Shown here in pieces: positions 37,601 through 47,924 of a stretch of 64,000 nucleotides of DNA (positions are counted from its first letter, which is position 1; each line of letters begins with the position of its first letter). Below the pieces are notes generated by a model. That model saw only the letters and a list, made by a program, of their open reading frames with translations, made no database searches and was not told the origin of the DNA. This DNA is from Fimicolochytrium jonesii (Eukaryota): NCBI RefSeq assembly GCF_025526975.1, contig NW_026515675.1:186001-250000 (forward strand). The letters are read 5' to 3'. A program made the translations under genes and the position numbers.

Positions 37601-39143
37601 CAGCCACAGTCATCCGATGAGTCGAACCATAGTGATTCCGCGACAACGGAGGCTACAGACGCGGCGGCGACTTCCGACAATCCCTTGATACGCCTGATAC
37701 CAATCGTGGAGAAACTCAACGCCGCGACGGAGGAGCAGTCCGCTTTCGAGCTGGGTAGGACGGAGGATCATCTGAGGCAATCGGGTGTGCTGACAACCTT
37801 TTCGGCACTACCCAATTTCGAAGATCATGGACGCGGCGAAGAATATGCGTATGCAGATGACATTGGTGATGGTGAAGAGGGTGAGTGCCCATGCGAGTTC
37901 CCGACTTCTCAGTGATGTACTTTCGTTCAGACTTCATTGAATTATTGACACCCTCAATCATGAAGATATGGAAGTGCACAACAACATCGCCGAATACTCG
38001 TCCCCGCTCGAGTCGCCCGCTCAGCAATCAGCGATGATGCCTGTAAGCGGGGGCACCGACTCGCCAACTCAACCACAAAGCCTAACTCGCCCACGCACTC
38101 CCATCTCCCGAAGCCTGATACCCATGAAAAGCAAATCCTCCAGCAGCGGCTTCATTCTCGGCTCCCCGCTGCCAGGAGAGGGCGGCTACACGTCCAGTTT
38201 CCAGGAAGGCGTCTTTGCCGGCGTCCTTGCAGCTATCGACGACGCTGATGCCAACGACGCGTTTGGGCCTAGCCCGACCGATTCGCCCGCTTCCACACCA
38301 TCTGCGGCCCCGCCCGGAGGCCCGAGCACGACGCCCTCACTTAATCGCGTCATCCAGCGCTCACCCAGCTATAGAAGCACGATGAGCAGACGGGCCCGTG
38401 CGAACAGTGCCAGCGAGCGCTCAGGCAACACCAGCGCTTACGCAGTGGACACAGCAGAGTATTCCAGCATCCGTGGGCGAGACAGCGAAGCCGAACGCCC
38501 ATCCCTCCCACCCAAAGACGGTGCCACCACCTCTTACCTCCCCTCCTCCTCCTCAACACCCACCAGCTCCTCCCCCGCCACCCCTCGCCAAAAAACATCC
38601 TCCTCAGCAACAAAAGCCATATCAAACACCCTCTTCACCCGTTCCGCGAAGGTCGGCGCGCAGCTGAAAAGCATGCTGGGCGGGAAAGACCACGGGGGTT
38701 CGATCACTAGCAAGTCGTTCGCGGGGCTCGGGTCTGTGTCGGGGTTGTTTGGGAAGGGGCAGTCGAACCCGGATTTGCTGCATTCGGAGGTTGAGGCGAT
38801 GCCGATTGGCAAGAATGGGTTGCGCACAGGGGATGCGGATAGGGAAAACTATGTTGCGTCCTCTTCGACTGAGGCGTCGCGGTCATTGAGAGGGACGCTT
38901 CGCCGTGGGTTGGCGAAAAGCTCGACGCTGGGGAAGTCGATGGGGAGTAGCGAGTTTCTGGGCGCTGCGGGTCCAGACGCACCGGTCATACCTCTGAAGT
39001 CTTCTATGAAGACACCACGAGGGAAATTGAGGGACGACGAAGCTGGGTCAGCTAGCCCGTCGTCCGCTGGCAAAGCCCGCCCGCAATCGATGGGCGGTTT
39101 ACCTTCTTCGCTACCGGCTAGGTCCGCTATGGATACCCAATGA
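34681..39143 (+). CDS. Ras GTPase-activating protein with F-BAR-like, PH, C2 and RasGAP domains and a Ser/Pro-rich tail
   Basis: FCH-like ELLSFYKKRQEIEAGYG followed by helical coiled coil; PH-like VYSVDDSYFGRANCFQL; C2 NPYCIVLLN...PFWGEEF; RasGAP arginine finger MFRGNS and signature GFIFLRFFCPAILSP, RTLTLIAKILQNLAN, KEPHM. True start uncertain. Confidence 0.9.
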
Positions 39144-39460
39144 TGTAATAGGGTGTCAGTGGTACTTCCCACCGGTTTCCATCATGTCTTCTGTTGCTCC
39201 ACCGAGTTCAATCATACCTTCAACTCATTACTCCATCTACACACATATACCAAATACGATCCACCATACTGCACCCATATTGACAGATCCCACTGAACAT
39301 GCCAGGCTTCGAAAGATGAAGAGACGTGTACGTAATATGTATAAACGAACAATGCAATAAAACCACCAACACACTCACACAAAAAAGAATGCAGCGCCTT
39401 GCTAATCCTTCCTCACTACAAGAAGACTCCCACTATACAAAAGACCCACATGAAACCCCG

Positions 39461-42429
39461 CTATCCTGAACACATAACACACGCATCCTTGTTATCCAGC
39501 GAGCACGCCATAGCGGCGAGATTATCCTCTTCCTCCTGCTGCAGTCTCCTCAGCTCCTCGTCTTCTGCCGACGATGATGCGACGGAGAGCTTGGCGCCGT
39601 TGGCTTTGGATTTTGCGAGCTTTTGCTGGTCGACGGTGAACTGGATCGCGTCGGCTGCTGGGCGGGTGCGGAGGTAGTACAGACCTGTTGGGGGAAGGAA
39701 GAGGTAAATGAGATCATTATTCCATGTCCAAAAAAGAGAGTGAAGAATCAGACGCACCGGTCTTGAGACCCTTCTTCCAGCCGTAGAAGTGCATGCTTGT
39801 CAGCTTGGCAAAGTTGGGTGCGGCGAGGTGGATATTGAGGGACTGGGATTGATCGATGAACGCGCCACGGTCGGCGGCCATGTCGATGATCACTTTCTGT
39901 AACCGCGTGAGACAAGTACCAATCAGATTGTGGATACTGCATGGCAACACACTGCAAGCGGAACACGCACCTGCGACAGCTCCCACACAGTCTTGTAGAT
40001 GTCCTTCAACTCCTGAGGAATCTGCTGGATTTTTTGGATTGAGCCATTGTCCCCAATGATGCGGTTCTTCATGTCATCGTTCCACAGATTCAGCTCGGTC
40101 AGGTCCTTCAGCAAGTGGTGGTTCACAATCTGGAATTCACCACTCAGAACTCGCCGGGTGTAGATGTTGCTGGTGTATGGCTCGAAGCTATGGTTGGAAA
40201 GATCATGTTGGGGTTGTCAGGAAGGTTCCACGTAGATTTGTGTGCACAGCTCGGACTCACCACTCGTTGTTGCCGAGGATCTGCGATGTGGAGGCAGTGG
40301 GCATGGGCGCGACGAGCAAGCTGTTGCGGACACCGTGCTTGGCAATCTTCGCGCGGAGTTCTGCCCAGTCCCATCGATCTGAGGGCTTAACACCCCACAT
40401 GTCGGGTTGCAGCTGTCCTTTGCTGACAGGTGAGCCCTCGTAGGTCTCATATGCGCCAAGCTTTTCTGCCAACTCGCATGACGCCTCAAGAGCGGCAAAG
40501 TAGATGGTTTCAAAGATGTCCTTGTTCAGCTGTCCAGCCTCCCGTGAGTCGAATGCAAAGCGCATCTTGATGAACGCGTCGGCAAGACCTTGTACACCGA
40601 GGCCGATGGGCCTGTGGCGGAAGTTGGAGCGACGGGCTTCTTCGACTGGGTAGTAGTTGATGTCGATGATGACGTTCAGGTTCTTTGTCATGACCTTGAT
40701 GACCTCGTGTAGCTTCTTGAAATCGAACATGGGTACGCCATCTTGCTTGATGACAAAGTTGGGCAGCGAAACGGAGGCGAGGTTACACACGGCGACTTCC
40801 TCGGGCGAGGAGTATTGGACGATCTCGGTACAGAGGTTACTGCACTTGATCGTTCCCAGGTTCTTCTGGTTGGACTTCTGGTTGCACGCGTCCTTGTAGA
40901 GCATGAAAGGTGTGCCGGTCTCGATTTGAGACTCGAGGATCGCGTACCAAAGCTTCTGAGCCTTGATCGTCTTGCGGGCGCGACCTTCCTTTTCGTACTT
41001 TTCATACAGCTTGGTGAACTCCTCGCCATAAACTTCCTCCAGACCAGGTGCCTCAGCAGGACAGAACAAGCTCCAGTCGCCGTTCTGCTCGACACGTTGC
41101 ATGAACAGGTCCGAGATCCACAGCGCGTAGAAGAGCTCACGTGCGCGGTTCTCCTCCTTGCCAGTGTTCTTTTTCAAATCCAAAAACTCGAACACGTCCG
41201 AGTGCCATGGTTCCAGGTAGATGGCGAAAGCTCCAGGCCTTTTGTTACCGCCTTGATCGACATACCGTGCCGTGTTGTCTGCAATGGAACGGAAGTCAGT
41301 CAAAACATTCCTTGCTGAACAATGAACTAGAATCTTATGAACTTACTAAAAACACGAAGCATGGGTACAATTCCGTTCGAGTGTCCGTTGGTACCCGCAA
41401 TGTAGGAACCGAGCGCACGAATCTTGTGAATGTTGAGACCAATCCCGCCGGCCGTCTTGGAGATCATAGCGCACGTCTTGAGGGTATCGTAGATTCCTTC
41501 AATGGAATCGTCTTTCATGGTGAGCAAGAAGCAACTGGAGAGCTGCGGCCGCGGTGTACCAGCGTTGAACAGCGTTGGGGAGGCATGTGTGAAGTACTTT
41601 TCGGACATGTAGTCGTAAGTTTCGATGACAGCGTCGAGGTCTTCGCCATGTATTCCAACAGCGACACGCATGAGCATGTGTTGTGGGCGCTCAGCAACCT
41701 TGCCGTCGATGCGCAACAAGTAAGAGCGCTCCAGTGTCTTGAAACCAAAAAAGTTGTAATTGAAATCACGGTCGTAGATGATAGCCGAGTTCAACCGGTC
41801 GGCATTTTTCATGATGGCCTTGTATGTGTTTTCGGAGATCATGGAAGCGTTCTTGCCGGTTTTCGGGTTGACGTACTTGTACAGGTCTTCCATAACGTCG
41901 GTGAACTGTTTCTTGGTTTCCTTGTGAAGGTTGGAAACGGCAATACGGGCGGCGAGAATAGCATAGTCTGGGTGTTTTGTCTGTAATGGAATGAGATGCT
42001 CAGCAAAGCTGGTCTGTAGGCCAAGCAAACCAAGCTCCCACAGAACTCACCGTGAGGTATGCGGCCGTTTCCGCAGCCAGGTTGTCCAGCTCTACTGTGG
42101 TCACTCCTTGATACACACCGGTGACGACCTGAGCATAGCGAGAACGGAAAGACATGAGTGCAATGTGCGAAGGGAGATGAACGAAGCCGATGGGATCTGA
42201 GAGCTGAGACGTACCTTTTGCGAGACTTCCACAGGGTCGACGAAGTTCATGTCCAATCCATAGCACAGCTTCTGTAACCTCGCCGTGATCTTGTCGAAGG
42301 CCACGCGTTCGGGGCGACCATCTGGGTAACGGAGAGAGGACGGAGAGCAAAGCAAAGGTCAGCACACTACAAGCGGGGAGTGCGTAAGAAGCTCGGCAAC
42401 GTCGACATACCTCTCTTGAAAACGAACAT
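39461..42429 (-). CDS. RNR1: Ribonucleoside-diphosphate reductase large subunit (class Ia)
   Basis: MFVFKRDG ATP-cone start, [70 protein letters not shown]-terminal ACVMCSG*; multiple GT-AG introns. Confidence 0.98.
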
Positions 42430-42630
42430 GCCGGCAGGGCGGTCGGTGTTTGTGGAGAAAGAAGTTGAGGTATCGGCGGTGGTATCGCTGGCGGAACTCT
42501 AGAGCAGAGCGAAGGTGGTAGTAGAAGAGGGATAGGATGGGGAGAGAGGAGGATGAGACGGCAGATCGGGGTGAGAAGTGCGATAGACTGAGAGCGATTT
42601 GGGCACCGGCTGAGTAGGACAGGTCTCGGG

Positions 42631-42638
42631 TATTTATA
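42631..42638 (-). promoter_or_regulatory. TATA box (TATAAATA) of the proximal RNR1 promoter
   Basis: About 200 bp upstream of ATG 42429, followed on the minus strand by a pyrimidine-rich leader. Confidence 0.65.
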
Positions 42639-43085
42639 CGCAGCGAGCGAGAAGCGCACGTCCGAAAGGCGGTCCGAACAGCGAAAGCCTTTGGAAGGCG
42701 CTGAGCTTCGAATGTCTGTCTGTCTGTCCGAAGTCCCGTTCCCCTTGCGAGCGACGGGCGACGCGCGGAACAGATCGCCCGTCCGAAAGCGCCTCATTAT
42801 GCGCCCACTTATGAACTGCCCAGCCTCCTGCTTGCCTGACAAACCAGACCAACCATCCCTCTTCTTTACAGCTAACCGCAACGTGAAAGACGTTTGCCGT
42901 CTCACAAGGCTTCAACTCACGGGCCAGGGAAACTCCTGGCATGGAAGCGGCGTCACTTCCCGTCCTATTTCTAATCCCGAGCTTGTCCACCTGCCTCGCA
43001 ACAGAACCGTCGCCGTCCTTCCTTCCCACCATACCCATGCCGGGCCAATCTACCCTATTTATCTGCACTTTACAAGTTCACTCAC

Positions 43086-43247
43086 CGATGTCGCCGTCTC
43101 CGTCTCGGCTTGGCGCGCACCAAGTCCTCCGACTCTACCGCCGGCGAGCGCCGAACTGGCGGCATCAGAAGGGACCGCCGTGAAAGCTGTTCGTTTCTTT
43201 TGGGGCTCCTCGCCTGGCAGTCGTTCTTCGATGACTCTCTTGCTCAT
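43086..43247 (-). CDS. Putative alternative first coding exon of RNR1 with a bipartite NLS-like motif
   Basis: 162 nt (54 codons), MSKRVIEERLPGEEPQKKRTAF..., ending at donor CG|GTGAGT. An in-frame acceptor TCTAG| at 42499 lies 69 nt upstream of the RNR1 ATG. Confidence 0.6.
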
Positions 43248-43487
43248 CAGAGGGTGCGCAACCGTGTGCCTTTGCGCAGACCGGGGGAAAGAAGGTTCAC
43301 TGAACGACCGTCTGAAATGTGGTTCTCCGTGACAGTCGAGAGCCTTTTCGAACTACAGTGTCCAGCCTCTGCAACAGCTTGAAGTGCGAGTTGCTGGAAA
43401 GACCTTTGTGGAGTTGACAATTGTGGAGTGCGCAATGCTCGTAAAGCGACGTCAAACCGAAATGACGCCTCTCCACAACTTCCCACC

Positions 43488-43506
43488 ACGCGAAGTTACG
43501 CGAAGT
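43488..43506. promoter_or_regulatory. Tandem ACGCGAAGT x2 (MCB/SCB-like G1/S elements)
   Basis: Copies at 43488-43496 and 43498-43506, 10-bp period, about 240 bp upstream of the distal ATG 43247. Confidence 0.45.
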
Positions 43507-45053
43507 GTTTTGGTCTTTCCCTTTGCAACCAAAGGTCCCATTCGACCCATTTCGAAGGGGAAAATTGGCACGCTGACATCCATTCACTCTGATACAAGTC
43601 AATGCAGTCTACGGATGACGCCTTTGCTCACTCGGAAGAGCATCCGGCTGGTGTGGCTTACCATCGATACTTGCTCTGACTGCACGGCGGAAGATCTGAA
43701 TTTCGAATTACAGCACATATGGACTAGCCAGCCACTCGAAACGGGGCCAAAATGCGTCATTACGTTTAGCCAGCGTTTGAACTCCGACGCGCGTGTCCCA
43801 TAGCCAGCAACATTTGTGCTCCCCCTGCAACCAAAACTACTCGCCGCAACCACAGAGGTATTAGAGAAGGTATGGACCAGCCTCTTGATTGTACAATAGT
43901 CGCTGTATAGGCGGGAGGTAACTTCGTAATCAGAGGTCTGCACAAGGAGAGGAACCTGCGCGTTCGCTATGGGCTTCCAGTTCAGGTGGTGGGTCAACTA
44001 TTGCTCTACAGCATGGGGCTATCATATTAAGTCTTAGGAAGGGAAGTGGCGTGATACTCCCGTCAGGAGCTTAACACCTGCAACTTGCGGTCAGCATAAT
44101 TTGGATGAGGGAGGTAGGAGGATTGTTTTTATACGCGCCTTGAGTAGAGATTACCCAAGCCGCGGAGATATAACAAAGTTCAAACTCCGACCGCCGAAGC
44201 GAAATAACGTAACCGAGTTCGCAGCAGGTTCAGACTCCCTTTTCTCGGCTTCATGGATAAGCATATCCGAACATTTCAAGAATCCGAAGCGCGTAAGGGC
44301 GACGCCCATCGGAGGTAAGCACGTGTTGGCACCAACTTTGCTCTGATTGGTAAGAGCTGGGCATCTGCCAGTTGCCGAATGGCGGGCCAGATTCAGCCAC
44401 GCGGGAGCGACATATGGGTTTTGAAACTTTCCTACATGATAGCGACTGGTCGGATGGCGAAATGCAAGAAGTGCACTATCGGACATCGCCCCGCTAGTCG
44501 GTGCATTGTGGCCTCCAGCGCCATCCGCATGCTCGGAAGAGCTCTACTCGGACGGGGCGAGGCGGGCCCAAGTGGGACTGACTGCTGTATGGTGTTGTAG
44601 GCAAAGTGTGGAAGCTTACCTACTGGACCAGTCCACAACAATAAGGTAAACCTTTACACTCGCAGGTGGAGCCCTGAAACCCGAGGGGAAAAACAACAAG
44701 GTTACGCGTAAAAACGCGTGGCAACAGCTTACTTAAGCGTTGAAACGGGACAAGGAATGGACCAAGACGAGGACGAGAACGTGGACGACGAAACAAGAAC
44801 AAGCATAAGAAAGCTTCATTACATACTGCGTTATAAAAATATGATGGGGTGGGGTCGGCCAGAGACGTGCTCCGGGGAAGTATGCCTAGTGGAAGCTACT
44901 CCTGTGGGGGAAATTCTACCTATCTATGTGCGTGTGTGTTCTTCTGTGTACGGGATGGAGCAGGAAGAGAAGACAAGTTTCACCTCCATGGGTGTGGTGC
45001 TCGAGTCTCGCGAGGGAGTTACGCCAAAGTGTGGTAACTCTCCTTTTCCCCGT

Positions 45054-47270
45054 TTAGCGGGTGGTCTTCTTCTTCTTGACCATGTCAGCGAGTTCCTATG
45101 AAAGTGTATAAATGTCAGCTTACTGAGACGAGGATGTGGAAAATGAGGAAAATCACAAAGCCCAGCTGCGTACCTTAACTCTCTGCTTAATGTCCTTCTT
45201 GGTCTTTCCAGGAATCTCCTCAGCGATCCGCTCCCATCGCTCGTTAGGCGTTTCCCTGAACTGGGCAGCGGGGTACTTGCGCATAGCCTGCTCGAGAGCG
45301 ATCTGTTGGTCAGTGCTCCAGGAGGCGTTGGCGGGGGCCATCATGGTGGGAGAAGCGGGCGCGGCGGCGGCGGTTCCGTTGACGGCGGGCTTCGCGGCGG
45401 CGGGCTTGGCTGCTGGCTTGGCGGGAGTCTCGTCGACCTTCTCGGAGGGCTGCTCCTTAATCTCGACCTTTGCGACGGGCTTCTTTACGGCCTGTTGCAA
45501 TTTTTGACGGTCAGCGGCTTGGGCTAGAGGGGTAGAGTGTGTGAGCGCATATTTGCGAACCGACGTAAATCCATATGCCACTAACCTGTTTGAACCACCT
45601 TGGATTGGCCAATGGCTTCCTTGGGTGTACGTGCACGCTTGGCTTTCGCCTCGGCGTCCTCGTTTTCGTCACCACCGTGCTCGTTGATGTACTCGGCAAT
45701 TTTCTCCCATCGGTCGATCGTTCCTCCAGGGAACATTTTCACGGCCTTGATTAGAGTGGCAGTTTCCTTCACGGCCCATGGGACCTTGGCGACTTTGCTC
45801 TCGTCCTCCTTCTTCACATCGGCTTGGGCAGACTTTGCCTCGCCTTGTTGGTTCTCTTTTGCCTCAACGACGTGCAGGTGCTGAAAACATAAAGAAGGTT
45901 AGAACCGTTTTCTTCTTTCCAATGGTACCAGATGAGCTGTCAATACCTCCTCATCCAAAACGAGCTCAAGGTCTTCCGCACCACCTGGCACGGCCGCCTC
46001 CAACTTAATACGGAACTGCTCAAGAGCAGCGGTGTCCAGATGCTCCAATACCTCATCCAACTTCTGAAGCTGGAATGCAACGGCTTCGGCGCTGGCACTC
46101 TCGGACAAGAAGTTGTTGTGGTCACGCATAATCCGCTTGATGGTCTTCTTCTCTTTGCGGATAGCGTTCTTCGCGGCCTCCTTCTCCTTCTTCTCGGCCT
46201 CCCGCCTCGCTTTGAATTCGGTCTCCTCCTTCTCCTTGGCAGCAGCCTCCTCCTCGGCCTTGCGTTTCGCTTGCTCCTCGGCAGCCTTTGCGGCAGCCTC
46301 TCTCTCCCTCTTCTTAGCGTCCTTCGCGTGCTTGTCATCCTCTCTGAACTTCTTGATACGAGGATCCGCAGCGAAGGCATTCTCCACCATCTTGTTGACC
46401 CTGGAGTTGTCAGCCTTTTTCCTCTTTGTACGCTCCGCCTTATTTTTCCTGTCCAACCACCGCTTCTCCTCACGACTTTCTACGCCATCCGTGTCCTCCT
46501 CGTCCAGGTTCTCGAACGTCCTCCACGAATCGAAGTTGAACCAGAAGTTGTAGAAGGCTTCGGTTTCGTCTCTGTCAGACTCCATGGTGCCAACGCCTGG
46601 CACAGGTTGTGTTTTCGAGAATCGGGCCTCCTTCTCGAAGACAGGGGCGTAGAGCTTGAAGAAATCACCCTTTGCTTTTGCGCTGGGAATGGAGTCATCG
46701 AACTTGGGGTCTACAGAGTCCCACTGCTTCCTCTTTGTTACGTCGCTCATAACTTCCCAAGCCTTCTGGATACATTTGAAGAAAGAGTCCGAACCGTCAG
46801 GGTTCTTGTCGGGGTGGTGCTTCAGGACCTTTCGGCGGTAAGCCTTCTTTATGTCATCCTCAGACGCCGCATATCGGTGCTTCGACAATCCCAAGACAGC
46901 GTAGTGGTCTTGTTCCTATTAGATTTTGCGAAGGGACATCGGCATAAGCAAATGTCTTTAAAGTCTTCCGAACTGACGAACGTGCAAATCATACCTTCCA
47001 CTTCAACGGGTCGCTCTTCAACAACCTAGGAGTCTCAGGCTCGTCCTCCTCCATAGAGACGTCTCCATCATTGGCATCCTCCAAAGCCTGCTCGATGTTT
47101 TCGTCTTCCGACAGCGTCCTCTTGTGCCTGTGACGACGAGCAACAGCGAGGAATTGGCGACCAACGGGCTCGATAGCCTGCTCGTAGAAAGGCGAGAAGG
47201 CCGTGTGGACAACGGCTTCCTTGTTGGAGTCCCAGGACTTTGGCGGAGACGGCAGAGTGAGCACCGACAT
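45054..47270 (-). CDS. ZUO1: Zuotin / DNAJC2 (MPP11, ZRF1) ribosome-associated J-protein with two C-terminal SANT domains
   Basis: IEPVGRQFLA, DHYAVLGL, HHPDK, FYNFWFNFDSWRTF, DPRIKKF; SANT1 PWAVKETATLIKAVKMFPGGTIDRWEKIAEY; SANT2 WSTDQQIALEQAMRKYP...RWERIAEEIPGKTKKD; last exon ELADMVKKKKTTR*. Confidence 0.95.
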
Positions 47271-47537
47271 GTTTGCCAGACTGTTTTTCTCGTTGAGTGT
47301 AGTTTGTGAGAAAATCAAAGTCCGCTGGGGGTTGGAAAATTTCGACTCTGGGAAGAAGGCTGGATGGGAAAAAAAGAGAGAGGATCCAAAACAAGCGCGC
47401 CTCTCCGCTTTTATCTCACCCGTCATGTGACTTGCAGAGAATCTTATTGTTCTCTTTTGGCAAGGCCCGATTTTTGACACCCCTTCAATGGGTTTGCTCA
47501 CGCGGCAATGAGCTGCCCAATATTCCCTCGCAAATAT

Positions 47538-47571
47538 CCCCCCCCCCCCCCCCCCCCACCCCCCCCCCCCC
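47538..47571. repeat. Poly-C tract (C20-A-C13)
   Basis: Read directly; lies between the divergent ZUO1 and 47925 genes. Confidence 0.9.
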
Positions 47572-47924
47572 AACAAGAGGACAACGCTGGAAGTGGAGCC
47601 AACTCACGACGCACAGCAAACCCCAAAGGCGTTCCGGCAAGAGAAGTCGCAAAGAGAACCCTCCTCTATTACGTCCTCGGCACGGAAGTCAACCGCTGGT
47701 GCCGTCTGGATTTTGACAGGTACAGTTCCGGTGTGACGGTCCCTTACTTCGAGAGGAAACGTTTTGCGAATAGGATTCTGGCTATTGCAAAGAATACTCT
47801 CAGATCACTAACAAAACCTGCCTGTCCTTTGTCATCAGCAGTAGGCTCTGAATTTGAAGTCAGGAAATTCCTCCTCCCTGAGACCCGTGAGAATAACACT
47901 TCGACAGTCAAATCAAACAGGAAC

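Noticed and set aside
39461..42429. Intein or group I intron in RNR1, a common insertion target
   Set aside because: The coding sequence is colinear with standard R1 and interrupted only by short GT-AG introns.
45932..47029. Long antisense ORFs opposite ZUO1, RPL5, RNR1, SPB1 and the fimbrin-like gene
   Set aside because: Expected shadows of GC-rich, codon-biased genes; no recognisable protein features.
47508..47924. Polyproline N-terminal extension of the 845-aa ORF
   Set aside because: Comes from the poly-C homopolymer and probable UTR or intron sequence; ATG 47925 is the more plausible start.
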